DNA of 64,000 bases from Camelus ferus (taxonomy: Eukaryota). The notes beneath the pieces were generated by a model, which did not search any database, had not been told where the DNA came from, and was given only the letters and a program-made list of their open reading frames with translations. This document shows positions 1 through 13,000 of this stretch, one piece after another. The DNA is taken from the NCBI RefSeq assembly GCF_009834535.1, contig NC_045698.1, positions 5,706,001 through 5,770,000 on the forward strand. Direction: 5' to 3'. How positions within the stretch are numbered: the first letter of the stretch is position 1; each line of letters opens with the position of its first letter. The translations under genes and the position numbers were made by a program.

Positions 1-2520
1 TGGCACAGTGCCACTCTACTACATCACCAGGGCACCTACTATCAACATGAATTATCACTGTTGGTGTTAACTTTGATCACCGGGCTGAGATGGTGTTGCT
101 AGATTTCTCCACTGGGTAGCTACTTTATTTCCTCTTCATCCCATTTTGTGCTCTTTGGGAGTCACTGTGTTTAGCTCACACTTATGAAGTGGAGAGCTCT
201 GCTTCACCTCATTGAGGGTGGAGTATCCACAGACATGACTTGGAATTATTCTATTTGGGATGGTTATATATTCTCCCCCATTTATTTGTTGATTAAATCA
301 GATGTTTATTTTAGTGTGGACCCATGGATGTTAATTTTATACTTTTGGTTAAGTCCAGTACTACTTTATTTATTTATTTTTGTTCAAATCAGTAGCTTTG
401 GCCATTGGGACCTTTTTCAGTTGGCCCCTGTCCTTTTGACATACTCCTATTATTGTGGTGTCTTGGCGCACTTTTATACTTTCTGGCACTACAGGATGCT
501 GCAGACTCATCTTGAATGCTTCCTGCCCCAGTCCAAAAACCAGCCATTTCTCTAGAGCGACCTGGTTCCCTTTATTGGAGAATGGCATTAGAAACTAAAA
601 TCTGTGTATTGGTTGTGCTCATTGCTCTGGGGCATCATTGCTTCTAGACTCTCTAGGCTTACAGAGCAAGGATGTATATGTATGTATTATGTATACTAGC
701 ACATGGACATACCCACATCTATGAACATTTCTCTGTGTATCTGTCTCTCTTTATGTTAAGTTAAACATGAGTTCACACTGATGTCCAATTCTAATCAATT
801 TCCATGTGGATTATTCTGGACTATTCCACAGCTTTATCTGTAACCTACTTCAGTGCGAAACCTGACTCCCACCACCTGCCATTCATTTACTTGATTCTTC
901 AATACCAATATCCATGTAGAGTGGTTTTAGAGGTGTTACGTCTTACCTCTGTAGCAACAACTTTATCAAATCGAGTATGGTGCTTCTGTACATTTCTTTG
1001 TGCTTTTCGTCTTCAAGAGTTCACTCCTTTTCAAAGTTATCTAGGCCAGCCCTTCTTCCCTCTTCTTCAAGGAGATTGTTTTATGCATTTGTAATGTAGT
1101 TCAATTCTTTTGCTGTATTCTGCATCCCATCCTGGGATTTTCTGACCTCCTAAATGATTTCTTAATATTTTCTTACCTTAAGGCTCACTCTTTGTGTGGT
1201 AAATTTCTGTGAACTTTGGCAAATGCATTGTGTCACTTGTCCACCGTTACTGCATCAGGCAGAATAGCTTATTGCCATAAAAAATCCCCTGTGCTTCACA
1301 TATTCAATCTTCCCTGACCTCAGATTCTTGACAACCACTTATCTGATTGCCATCTTTATATTGTTGCCTTTTCCACAATGTCATATAAATGGAATCACAC
1401 AGTAGATCACCTTTCAGACTGACTTCTTTTACTTAGCAATATGCATTTAAGATAGATCCATGTTTTTACATGTTTTCATAGCTCATTTCTATTTATTTGT
1501 GAATACTAGTCCATTCTATGGATATATTACTGTTTGTTTATCTATTTGCCTATTGAAGGATCTCGGTTGCTTCAAGATTTTGGTGATTATAAATAAATGC
1601 TATAAATATTCACATACAGATTTTGTGTGGCCACAAGTTTTCCAATCAACCCAATTGCTGGGTGGTTTGGTAAGACTATGTTTAACTTTGACAGAAACTA
1701 CCAATCTCTCCCCAAATGACGATCATTTTGCACCACCACAAGCTACATCTGTGACAGCAATTGTTACTGTCACTCTTTTGGGGGGGATTTTAGATGTTCT
1801 AATAGGTGTGTAGTGATGCCTCATTTTCATTTTACTGTTGAGAAATAATTTTGAGCATCTTTTCATAGGCTTATTTGCCATCTATATGTCTTCATTGGTG
1901 AGGTGTCTGTTCAGATCTTTTGCTCATTTTTTGACTGAGTGGTTTGTTCTCCTGTTTTTGAGTTTGAAGAGTTCTTTGCATATTTTGGATCAGTCATTAT
2001 CAGATACATGTTTTGCAGGTATTCTATCCCAGTCTGTGGCTTGTCTTTTCATTTTTTTTCCCAGCGTCTTTGCAGAGCAGAAGTTTTTAATTTTGATAAA
2101 GTACAACTTTTTGTCGTTATTTCATGAAATTTGCTTTGCTGTTGTATTTAAGGACTGCTCAAAAAAAATCTAAGATCATGTAGATTTTTTCTCCTATGTT
2201 TTCTTGTAGAAATCGTATAGTATTGCATTTTATATTTAGATCGATGATCCATTTTGAGTTAATGTGTGTGAAAGGTGTAAGACCTTTGTCTAGATTCTTC
2301 TTCTCCTTCTCCACATCTTCTTCCATCTGGACAACCAGTTGTCCCAATACTACTTATTGAAAAGACTATTGTTTTCAATTAATTTGCCTTTGCAGCTTCT
2401 ACAAAAATCAGTTGACTGTCTGCATGTGGTTCTATGTCTCATCTCCACTGTGCTTCGTGGAGGTATGTAGTGTTTGTTACACAGCACTCTGTCTTAATTA
2501 CTGTAGCTTTAGAATAAGTT
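1..2520 (-). mobile_element. Ancient LINE-1 (L1MD/L1MC-like) 3' UTR plus ORF2 3' end, degenerate
   Basis: Antisense L1 motifs such as 'aactttgatcaccgggctgag..gatttctccactg', 'ttcagttggcccctgtcc', 'aaatggaatcacacagtag', 'tttgccatctatatgtcttcattggtgaggtgtctgttcagatc'. ORF 2159..2347(-) gives ORF2-like 'LTPFTHINSKWIIDLNIK'. Confidence 0.85.
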
Positions 2521-2859
2521 TCATGAGATCTCTCCAATGTGGGACTTGTCATAATAGGAAGGACTTTTAAGATGTGAAGTTTAAGGCAAATTTCTTTTAA
2601 ATTAGGAGGATGTAGGAAACAAACTCTAAAATTTGTAGTTTCAAAAATTTCCTAGTTCCATAATTATTTTCCATAGTGAATTACAGAAAGAAAATCAGAG
2701 CACTCATTTATATAGCTGACAGCAAATTAATGAGGTATATTTTGTTTGTTTTTGCATAAGTCTCAAGTATAAATATCTCCCATAAAGTTTAAACTAATTT
2801 GTGGAATGTAGGCTTATTAACATATACAGAGGGAGGCAGCTTTATTTGGTCTAAAAGGG

Positions 2860-3670
2860 ACTGCAAAATGGCTGCAAAGGTCAACACATAAATTCATAAC
2901 ACCCCAGAAAAAGTAACAGAAAGTGAAATAGAAACTGAGATACTAACATTAGTCTATAACCTACCTAGGATTAATTAGGAATTGAATTATTTATGCATAA
3001 ATTGAAAAATTCAATTAAATTATACCAAAGAGTGAATAAATGAAGAAACATGACATTGTAAATATGTCCATATTTCCCAAATTAGTAAAAAAAATGATTG
3101 CAACCCAGTGATATTTGGGGACTATTGGACAAAATATTTCTAAAATATATATGAAAATAAGATGGTCCCCAAGCTTCTAAGACAATTCTGGAAAAGACAG
3201 TAAGTAACTCATCCAACCTTGTAGAAAGAGTCTGTAGCCATAGCACATGGGGACAGTGACGGTCTTGGTGAGAGCAGTGGTTTTCAACCAGAGGTGATAT
3301 TGTCCTTTAGTTTGAAGATACTTTTGGTGTCAAAATTGGGGAGGGGCGTGTCCTACTGGCATGTAGAGGGTAAAGACTAGGGATGATGCTAAATTTTCCA
3401 CAACACACAGGACAGTCCCCACAACAAAACATTACCCAGACCAAAATGGTAGTCACGTTGAGGCTGAGAAATCCTGCCAAAAAGGAATAGAGAAATGGAC
3501 CCATATCACAAGCAGATAATGAAAAATTTGGCTCATCCTATAAAGAAAATAAAATTATATCACCACTCAGGTAAAAAAAAAAAAAAAAAAAAGGCTCCAG
3601 ATGGTTTAAAGATCTGAATATACATGGCAGAAGTATGACACTATTGTAGAAAAACAGCAAATATTTTTCA
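2860..3670 (+). mobile_element. Highly decayed L1M ORF2 fragment interrupted by MER20
   Basis: A-rich ORF2-like remnants ('acctacctaggattaatt', 'atatgtccatatttcccaaattag', 'gatggtttaaagatctgaat') on both sides of the MER20. Confidence 0.55.
3275..3476 (+). mobile_element. MER20 (hAT-Charlie MITE)
   Basis: Starts 'cagtggttttcaacc', has internal 'tactggcatgtagagggtaaagactagggatgatgctaa..acaggacagtccccacaacaaa', ends 'gctgagaaatcctg'. Confidence 0.9.
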
Positions 3671-4619
3671 GAAATTTGTTCTCTGAATGTCAGAACAATT
3701 TCCCATAGTAATCATTTGAAAGTAAAAATATTAGTACTTATATGGTTGCCTCTTTGATTAAAACCCATCAGAGCTATCTCAATGGCTACTAGATAAAATT
3801 TAAAATTTTAGCCTATTTCTCTCTGATGAAATGCAGGCACACTTTTGAATACCCCCATTTCCCCTGCCTCTCTTGGTCCCTGGGGAGGGGTCTGTTGCTC
3901 TGATCCAGATGTATTTAATACGAGTTGAGCTATCATTGCACTTAGAATCCTTAATTAACTTTCTTTAAAAGTCCTTTTTTGTTACTAAACCAAGAGATTC
4001 TCCTGGGGCAAACTCTGCCCTCCACATTTTCCCCCTGCACTGAGTGAAATGCACACAGCAGCCAGACACATGTTTAACTGCAGGAACTGACTGACCTCTG
4101 CTATGGGCAGGTAATCATTTTTCCTCACTCTCTTGCAGTCTTCTTTGGGTGAACTGTGAAAATCACTTATATTACTGCAAACTCGGATATACTAAATAAA
4201 TGTCCATTTCTGCTTCTCAATTACCAGAGACTATTAAGAGCTGCACTAAGAAATGACAAGGGAAATATTCCGAAATAAATGCAATTTAATAATGCAGTTT
4301 AGTAACCAATACCCCTATAATCAAACAGATCTCAGAACGCATTACATATCATTACAATGTTTACAGAATAGTTAAAATCATGACATATGCCCAAGTGGAG
4401 AGCATTTTGATTTCTTTTGTTCTCATGTGGATTGATCACATAGATTTTTTTTTTTTACTTTGAACATTGTACATCACATCCTCACATTTATTTTTATTTT
4501 AATCAAAGTTGATGTTTCAGAATCTTGCCTATCTTTGAAATAAGGACACGCAAAAGTAAATACTAGTAGCTCTATTTTCACTTGAGATAATGAACATATC
4601 AAATTGAGAATGCATTTGA

Positions 4620-4677
4620 TATGCTGTACGCCAGAAATTAACACAACATTGTAAACTGACTATACTTCAATAAAAAA
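4620..4677 (+). mobile_element. Ultra-short 5'-truncated young L1 3' tip (cetartiodactyl/camelid type) with TSD
   Basis: 'tatgctgtacgccagaaattaacacaacattgtaaactgactatacttcaataaaaaa' flanked by agaatgcatttga (4607-4619) and agaatgtgtttga (4678-4690). Confidence 0.85.
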
Positions 4678-4927
4678 AGAATGTGTTTGAAATACAAAAT
4701 GGGAGATGCAAGTTAGTTTTACATTTAGAATTCCCAGCAGTTCTGGCAAACAAAAACTTAATTTCTTGCATAGGGAGGCTTTCCCGTGGCCATCTGACTT
4801 CTGCGATGGCCTGAAGGCAATCTTTGTGACTCATTTACACAATGATTGGTTTCACTGGTTAATGAGAAAAACTCAAAGAGCTAAGAGTTATCTGCTAAGT
4901 CTTATTTTCAGCGTACTGAATTTCTAG

Positions 4928-5274
4928 TGTTAAAAAACAAGATTCAACCAAAGAAATTTGAAGGTCTGATTGGCTTTATTCAAAATTCATGAATCATGTA
5001 ACATCACATCTAGCAAGTAGAAAGGAGCTCCTTCAACGAGCTGTGCAAATGGAAGGCTTTAGCAGAACCGGGACAAGACAAGAGGGTTACCAGCCAGCAA
5101 AGAGAAGGGGTTGTTTCAGGCATGATTACCTCACCAGTGCAGACCAGGAAATTCCAGACTGATCCGTTTAAAATTTCACTCCTGGGGCTGGCTAAAACAG
5201 TAATTAGGTTAGGCATTATGTTTTGGTGAGGTTTAGCAGAAGTGACCCCATTTGGAATTTGTTTCTTTTTAACA
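4928..5274 (-). mobile_element. ERV1-class solo LTR (family unresolved)
   Basis: TG...CA ends with inverted termini tgttaaaaa / tttttaaca; reverse poly(A) signal 'tttatt' near 4975. Confidence 0.7.
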
Positions 5275-7153
5275 CTTTCCAGCCGTGGATCAGTTAGAGG
5301 CGGTGGGTGGGAGAAGTCACTTGCTCAGGGAGCTTTAGAACACTGAACTGTTGCAAGGCCCACCCTTGCGGCTCCTCCAAAAGCAGTGGGACCCGTCACG
5401 GGAGACAGCTAACGGGGGGAGTGGGAGGTACACCTAAGCTTCTCATTCCCCTTTCATGCCAATTTCCTGTAAAGGTTTCTATTTTCCTGAGATTCCCTGG
5501 AAGTTAACCTTGAGGATTGTATTAGAGTTTTTCTAAGAAAGCTTGTCCAGGCCCTTTCATCGGGATAGACTGCAGGGCCAGGGTGATGGGCTAAAGGGTC
5601 ATATTAGCCAATGTAAGTTATGGGGTCTTTTCTCAGCAAATTGTGAGCAATAATTCAGCTGGACCACAAAGGGGGAACTTGTGGGAACTTACAGTAGACA
5701 GGACAGAATAAATTAAGAGGAGTCAGAATAGTCATGAGATTCACAAAGCTCACATGGAATTTCCCCAGGAAGAATTCCCTTGGGTTCTCAGCTGAAGGCG
5801 CATTGCAGCAATGGAATTATTACCAACTCCATCAGTGAGTGGGATTGAAAATTCCACACTGTTAAATGTCAAAAGATCAAATGTGGGGCTGTGCTTTATG
5901 TCGGAAGATGTGCTTATGGAATGCCACATAAGACAAATTTCACACCCAAATTATTCTACATTTTAAGGCAAAGTTGTAGTCACAACAATACATGACATAT
6001 TGAATGTGCATTTACAGTGGAATTCATTTTCCTGAGCAGAGCGGGGAAAAAACAGGGCTCTTAGCTCTCAGTTGCTGAGTTGGATCAATAATTAGTGGAT
6101 TATTATGGATATTAGTTTTCATGTTTTTATTAACTATAATTTAATTTTAAGCCACAGCTTTGCCTTAAACTGTAATTAAAGTCAATAGAATTCCTGAAAA
6201 CAAATTGCTTCTGAGATTTAAAACTACTAGCAGGTTAACAGTCTTGGGAGACAGCAGTGGCGGGACGGGATGACGAGTCTACAGGCTGTGCACGAAGAAT
6301 CACTGGGTTGCTGAATAAATATGACTTGGAATTTTGATAGCAACTTTCAGCCAGTAAGTTCATTCTGATGACTTAAGACTGATGTTCTAACTAGAATGCA
6401 ATTCAGCTACAAAGAACCAATTTTTTTTTCCCCAATATCTGAAGGCACAGGAGGAAGCGAATTCTTTCTAGCTGCCTTCTGGGTGATGGGAAGAAATAGC
6501 TAGAGAAGGCTCACCAGTCTGAGGAACTGGAAGGCTTCTGTTGCTTAGCAATGAGATCTCAACCCTTGTCTCAGCCACCAGGGGGGGATCCATCATGTCC
6601 AGAATCTCGGCCAGTGCACACCTGGCCTCCCGCAGGGAGCCGGCACTCACACACCTGCACATTCAAACCTGAACTCTCAGTCAGCAGGAAAGAATTCTGT
6701 CTGCAAAATCTGCTGGTAGACCACTACTCATTTTAAGGACTGCAAACTTAATGGAAACCAAATATCATTTAGGTTGCAATCTCTCTATAAAATAACTCCC
6801 CTGCTCAAAAGTCTATTCCAAAATAAATAAGCTAGTGGACAAGTGGAAGGAGGTTAGTCTCACCCATACTAACCCGCTGTCATCAACACAGGCAGTCCAC
6901 CTATGTTGTACCTGGAGGCAGATCTGGACCCAGTCTTTGGTGAAAGTCACTGGCCTGTCGGTCTTGTCTTTGTCTTTCTCCTCGCCTGCTACCCATCCTT
7001 CGTCTAGGACCACCTCTTTAAACCCAAAATGTGCTGAGCTGCTTCAGGTGAGTTGGCAAAGTTAACCTTGTAGATGGCAGCCCCTCTCATGTCAGCGAGT
7101 CTAAACTGCCCAGTTGAAACTGAACTTGAGAAAATAAACTGCACATTTGCTTC

Positions 7154-7627
7154 TGTGAAGGAAGAATACTGCAAACCACATCAGTAAACAAGGAATGCTG
7201 AAGCCATCAAGTCATTAGCGGCTGCCGCCACCCCCCCAGTGCAGACAAGCCTGCAGCCACTCACAGTGGTGCCCTCTGAGGGGACCCAGAATAAGAAAGG
7301 ACAGGACTCTGGCCCTAGATAGCTAGGTGCTTGTCAAAGGAATGAATTCAGTGAGCCTCAATGTTTGCTTCCTCTCATGCATAGAAAAGCACTAAATTCT
7401 TTAACTTGAGATGCCTGGTTTTCTTTAGTTAACAAGTAATCTTTTAACGTTCTGACTACCTAGTCTTTGTTGTAAAACTCCTGTATATCCTAGCTCCTCC
7501 CCTACCTCTTCGGAGCAGTCCCTCAGAGCCATTTGAGAGGCCGTCCTCCCAGGCTGAGTCCTCTGATTTGCCCACCAAATAAAACATAACTCTCAACTTT
7601 TAGGTTGTGCATTTATTTCAGTTGACA
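7154..7627 (+). mobile_element. ERV1 solo LTR, MER41/LTR39-like cetartiodactyl family (copy 1)
   Basis: TG...CA, perfect 4-bp TSD cttc/cttc, TATA-like 'tgtatat', AATAAA at ~7578; colinear with the copies at 24961 and 47412. Confidence 0.9.
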
Positions 7628-7989
7628 CTTCTTACCCCCTATGACCACCTCAGTGCCGGTGAGCGATGGAGACTGACCCTTACCCCCACCATGAGTGTGT
7701 AATCAGCTCAAGTCAAAGTTCATGAAGGTGAGGACAGAAGGTTCTGGGCAGACAGAACGGGACTTCTCCTGCCTGAATAAAATGGCATGTTTAGAGAAAA
7801 TAGAGGAGTTTGGAGAAGATAGGCATTAGATCTAATTAAACTTGCGAGATCTGCTCTCTTGCCCCAGTTCCCCACTGCAGAACGGCCTCTCCCTGACTGC
7901 GGAGCCAGCTCTCCCCTCCCAGCTCAGCTCCCTGGCAAGAGATTACACTGAAACGCTTGGGGCTGTTGCTAAGTGCTCCTCCCCATTCC

Positions 7990-8107
7990 CAGCAATTCTC
8001 AGATCCTGCACGTGCATCCCCTGAGGACTCAGTCCCCTGGAAGGTCCAACAAGCCCCTCAGTGATGCTAATGCTCTAGCCTGAGGGCCACACTGTGAAAG
8101 CCACAGT
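7990..8107. mobile_element. MER5-like hAT fragment
   Basis: 'gtgatgctaatgct..gggccacactgtgaaagccacag' resembles a MER5A terminus. Confidence 0.45.
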
Positions 8108-8972
8108 ACTCAGCCCCTTGGGGCGGGAGACTCCTTTCCCATCCCGGTTCTGTGCTGGAACCCCTGGTGAGAGGCTTCCTGGGGCAGCCCACACAGGGCA
8201 ACCCAGACAGAGAATTGTTTTCCTCACGTTGACTTAAAGGTGTACAATCACCGACTCTGCATCCCTGCTAACAACATTGGTGCAGAGAGATGTCCATGCT
8301 TCTCTTGGGCTATGAGAAGCCGTGCATCTGGGGCGTCCCTTCTGTGCCTGAACTTGTGACTTGGGGGCTAACGTGGCAGGCAGTGGAAACCCTTCCCTCA
8401 AGGTAGATGAAGCCCAAAGGATGAGTTCCCTGTAGCTGGATGGCTTGGATACGTTTCCTGGGAACATGGCCTCTGCATGGAATCAAGCTTCCTTGCTCTG
8501 CTGAAGAATCCATCAGACCGTCTGGAAGGAACATCCTACCCTCACGCCCATCAAGCTCTGGGACTTGTGGGCTGGGCTGAATCCTGAGGGTCATTCCTTC
8601 AAACAGCCTGTTTAAAGATGGGGAAATGAAGGCCTCAAGAAACTAAGGCGCTTTCTCCTGATTGGCACGTTGAGTTCAGGGTTGCGGCACCTGGGGTGTG
8701 GCTCCTGGTCCAGCACCCTTTTCCTCCAGGACACATAGTCTTGCGTGTTAAAGCTGGTGTTCTCCTCTGCGTTCGGGAAGATGCCTTTAAGTCATCAGAG
8801 AAACCTTAATAACAATATCTCTTTTTATAAATTATGATGCGAGCACAAACTTTATTATCAATAATAAATATTGTGTATGCAGGATTAGGAATTAAAAAAC
8901 AAACAGACATGCCCAGAAGTGACATGTTGCCCATAGTCTGACTGTTAGTAAAACAGTTGTCACCGAAACAGC

Positions 8973-9440
8973 TGTGGGGACAGAAAACTTATCCCTTCTT
9001 GTTACTTTGGTTGATCTAATCATTACATTGCCATCAGACAGCTTAATAGGAAGAAAACAAATTATGTACATATGGAAGCCCCATGGAAATATGAGCCTTC
9101 CCAGCAGTCGGGGAATTGAGGTTTATATGCCATCCTGAGATAAGAAGGAGGTTGGGGTCTGGGGTCTCAAAAGGGGGGAAGATGATTCACAGGAAGCTGA
9201 GAAGAGCAGATGTTTGATAAACAAATATTTGCTATGCCATGTAAGTAAGTCTTTCCTGTAAAAAAATTATTTTTGGTAATAATTCTCTTCTGGGTACAGG
9301 CCCCTTATCTAAATCCTTTTAGGCAGTTAAGGGGGAAGCAAAATGCTATTTATGAGGCTGCTAGGCCCTGACTGTCTTCAGCTGGAAATAATCTGCATGG
9401 CAAAGTGACACATTCTGGGTGGCAGATTAGGTCCCCATCA
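8973..9440 (-). mobile_element. ERV1-class solo LTR (MER34-like group, unresolved)
   Basis: Inverted termini tgtggggac / gtccccatca; 4-bp TSD cagc/aagc (1 mismatch). Confidence 0.7.
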
Positions 9441-10944
9441 AAGCCAAGCATCATGACGGCCAAACCCTCCTCCACTCTGAGCTCACAGTTCCTTACCATT
9501 CAGATGGCAATCAACACCCGCCTCCCATCATACTTCACACTCACCTGAAGCAAATCAAACCACCTGATCACATCCAGATGTGGCAGCTCCAGAGAGAACT
9601 AATAATCTTGTGAAACTCATCCTACCTGAAGTGTGATGTAGGCTGGTGAGGGCGCCCAGGCTGTCCGCACCGTACTCACCTGCGCGGGTAAGCAGCATCG
9701 GTTTATTGGTGGGAAAATCCACAGGAAATATTTGAGACTTGACCCTGATGTCGAAAGGAATGAGATTTCAGCAGTCATGAAACTCTGAGTCTAGAAGCTT
9801 TATTTACACAGCAGAACCAGCTAGGTTCTTCATTCCCTGAACCATCTGCTCATTTCTTAGCTGAACTATCCTGTGAATGGTTGTCAAGAACTAAGATTTG
9901 CTAAATTTGTTTATTTTTGCTTTTCCCTCAGCTCAAATTAGACACATATGTTCATCACCTCCGCCTATGAATAGTTCCACATGAACTGTTTTCCTCATTT
10001 TATTCAGAGCTGATCAGTCAAAACAGTTATGATTTCAAAGCTGACCTGCAAAAAAAAAAAATGGCATGCACAACTTCTTTTATTAATTGTGTGTCTTTGC
10101 AAACTAGCAAATGAACTCAATTAACTGAAATACAGCGTGCATCTTGGCACCGTAATTAGTGCAGCCTCCAGGTAGGAGTCAGTGATGGCGTCATTTGGCT
10201 GCGGAAGCCCCAGGAAGAGCCATCATGTCCCAGAGTTCATGTCTGAAGTAGGGACTGATAATGGGATCCGGGACTTTTCATCTCTAGAGTTGCGTCATTA
10301 ATGAGGCCACACACCGTTACGGCTGAGAATAATGACCATGTGAAGACAGCTCTCAGTAAGGTCCTTGGAGGTCTGGGGGAGCTGGGAAAACTCATTCCCA
10401 GGTCAACCCGCATTGCCAAGCGCTCTCCTGCAGGAGTGGCAGATCCGGAGCAGTGAGTGTTATTGGAACGCTCAGAAGTCATCTGGGGCCATTTAGGAAG
10501 GCACATGGGCACATCCTGGTCTATGATTGATGCTGAAGGTTGAGAAGGGTCTATAGATAAAGCTGAGTCTCAGATGACAAAATAAATAGACAGTGGCTTT
10601 CACTGCATCACAGTAGAGGAACTGAGAAGAAAGGGAAGGCATATTTATCATATCATGTGACAAGCTCATTTCTCTTTCTTTCTCTCTAGGAATAGACAAA
10701 GATATATCTGTGTATATAGACACTCACATGTTTTATCTATAAATAGGCAAATACAGATATATTTCTGTATACATACACACATATATATGTATATATGATG
10801 GCTTATTTAGTTCTTGCAGAAACCCTATAAGCATTTAAATAATTTTATCTAGACTGAGGCTTAGATCATTGCTATAACTTATGCTAGGTTCCACAAATGT
10901 TAAGTGGCAGAAAGAGAATAAAATCTATCTATTACCTTTCTTTC

Positions 10945-10990
10945 TATCTACCTACCTACCTACTTACCTACCTGCCTACCTACCTACCTA
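10945..10990 (+). repeat. (CTAC)n imperfect tetranucleotide microsatellite
   Basis: 'ctacctacctacctacttacctacctgcctacctacctaccta'. Confidence 0.9.
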
Positions 10991-12259
10991 TTCTCATCTG
11001 TTACTCTGTTGTCCTTATCTGTCCTGTCTCCACTGTCCAGAGCAGAGCCTGGCACAGACTGGACTTTGTTTACCAAACTGCACTCTGACAACCCCAGTGC
11101 CCATATTCTTTCCGCCACATCCCTGTGCCTCACCAGAAGGGATTCCTGCTAACATTCTGCCCATGTTTCTCATTCGATGAAAGAATTTTCCTCTAAGGAT
11201 TGGCGGGAACGAGCTGCCCCAGGAAAGGCAAGAATCTGCGTCAATAAATCCCTGTTTATGTTCCCTGCTGATCTGGAACCTGAAGGCACAGACTAGCTAG
11301 AAAGAGGGCGACCAGCTGAAGACTATACTAGAGACGTGCATAATGTCTGAGGTGCTGAAGATACATGGCCCACGGAAGAATGTGTGAGGCAGATCTCAAG
11401 GATTAGCATAAATTAATTCCTTTTATGATGAGTGTTTTATATGACCTTGAAGAGCCAAGGACTTGTGAGGATGATGTACAGAAGAAATGATTAATAGTGC
11501 CTATTTTCAAAAAATATACTGTGGCTCGTTCATTCATTTACTCCACACGCTTACTGACTGCACAACACGCAGCAGCCGTCCTGCTGAGAAGTCCCAGCAG
11601 TTTGTAAACAGAAGCCACACTGAATGTAACGGAGAGGAGACGAGGAGACGCGGCGCGCACACCGCTTCCTGCGGCCACTGGAGGAAGAGAACATGGAGAC
11701 GTGCAGCCGAGAGCGGGGCCGGATGAATTTGGGAAACACCCCACGGCCTATGGCAAGAGCAAGTGACAGCGAGAGAACAAGCCATCTGAGACAGATGGGA
11801 CACAAGGGGCTCTCTAGGCAGAGGGTTTTCTCAAAATATGGAGTCAAATGGGGGGGGTCTGATGCCCTCTACTGCTGAAGTTTATGAAACATGTACATCT
11901 GGTGTCCGTCCTTGGATCGCATGTTCTAAACCATTGCATAAAATCATGAGGAATCATTTTAAAGTCCCACATATATTTATATAGAAATCAGTGCTTTGAA
12001 AGTTTAAATTGTTTAAGAAAGCATTTTCTTCTGATTTATCAACATGTAAAACACACAACACACTAAAGAGAATTAGTCCCGCAGTTCGCACTCGTGGTGA
12101 AGAAGTCAGGCACGAATAATCCCGATGTGCCACTGGTCCCCGACTCTCTGGCTTAGTTATTCGATTGACAGAGCAGTTGAGGAGATGCGTAGGTACAGAG
12201 AGCCCTTACTCGTTCCTCCAAGTATGACAAACAGAGCAATTCGACCCTGGCTCAGTGCC

Positions 12260-13000
12260 CTGTAAGAAATCTTACAGAAAGTCCTTCTAGCAAAAAGAAG
12301 ATGACATCAGGTGGACGGTCTACAAAAGGAATGGTGAGCCCTGGAAATGGTTCACACATGCATAAATATGCAAAACTGTTTTACAGTGTTATTTACATTT
12401 CTTTGAAATTAATGTGTTGTTTAAATAAAAAGTAACAAAACATAACATAGTGTTTATAATATAGGTAAAATTCAAGAATATAACCACAAACCTTTATTCA
12501 AAGGCTGGGAGGAGTGATATAGACATATATTATTGTGAGTTTTTTATATATAAAATATAACCTGAAGGGTGTCTGTGATATCTATGTAAAGTCCCATTAA
12601 GATAATAAAAGAACATAGGAAAGAGAGAGAGAAAAAAAAGATGGGACAAATAGAAAACAAATAGCAAGATGATGGACATAAATTTAAGTATACCATTAAT
12701 CACACTCAGTATAAACAGTCTAAACAACCAACTAAAAGGGAAAGATTGCCAGATTGTATAAAAAAGTAAGACCCAACTATGTACTGCCTGCGACCAATTT
12801 AAATAAAGGAAGCCAAATAAATAAGGAGACGAAAAAATATACAGCATGCTAACAGGAATTTGAGGATAGATGGAATAGCCACATTGATTTTAGACAAAGT
12901 AGGTTTCAGAGAAAAGAATGTTACCAGGAGTAAAGGAATTCAGTTATCAATGACAGTGGAGTTAATTCGTCAGGCAGACAAAATGGCATCCGTCGTTTAT
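12260..13000 (+). mobile_element. Old L1M fragment: ORF1 end, inter-ORF spacer and decayed ORF2 endonuclease start
   Basis: 'ttaatcacactcagtataaacagtctaaacaaccaactaaaaggg..agacccaactatgtactgcct' and 'tagacaaagtaggtttcaga' match the L1 EN-coding region, with stops and frameshifts. Confidence 0.75.

Noticed and set aside
184..2347. Hydrophobic 'membrane protein' ORFs
   Set aside because: Antisense translations of T-rich L1 sequence.
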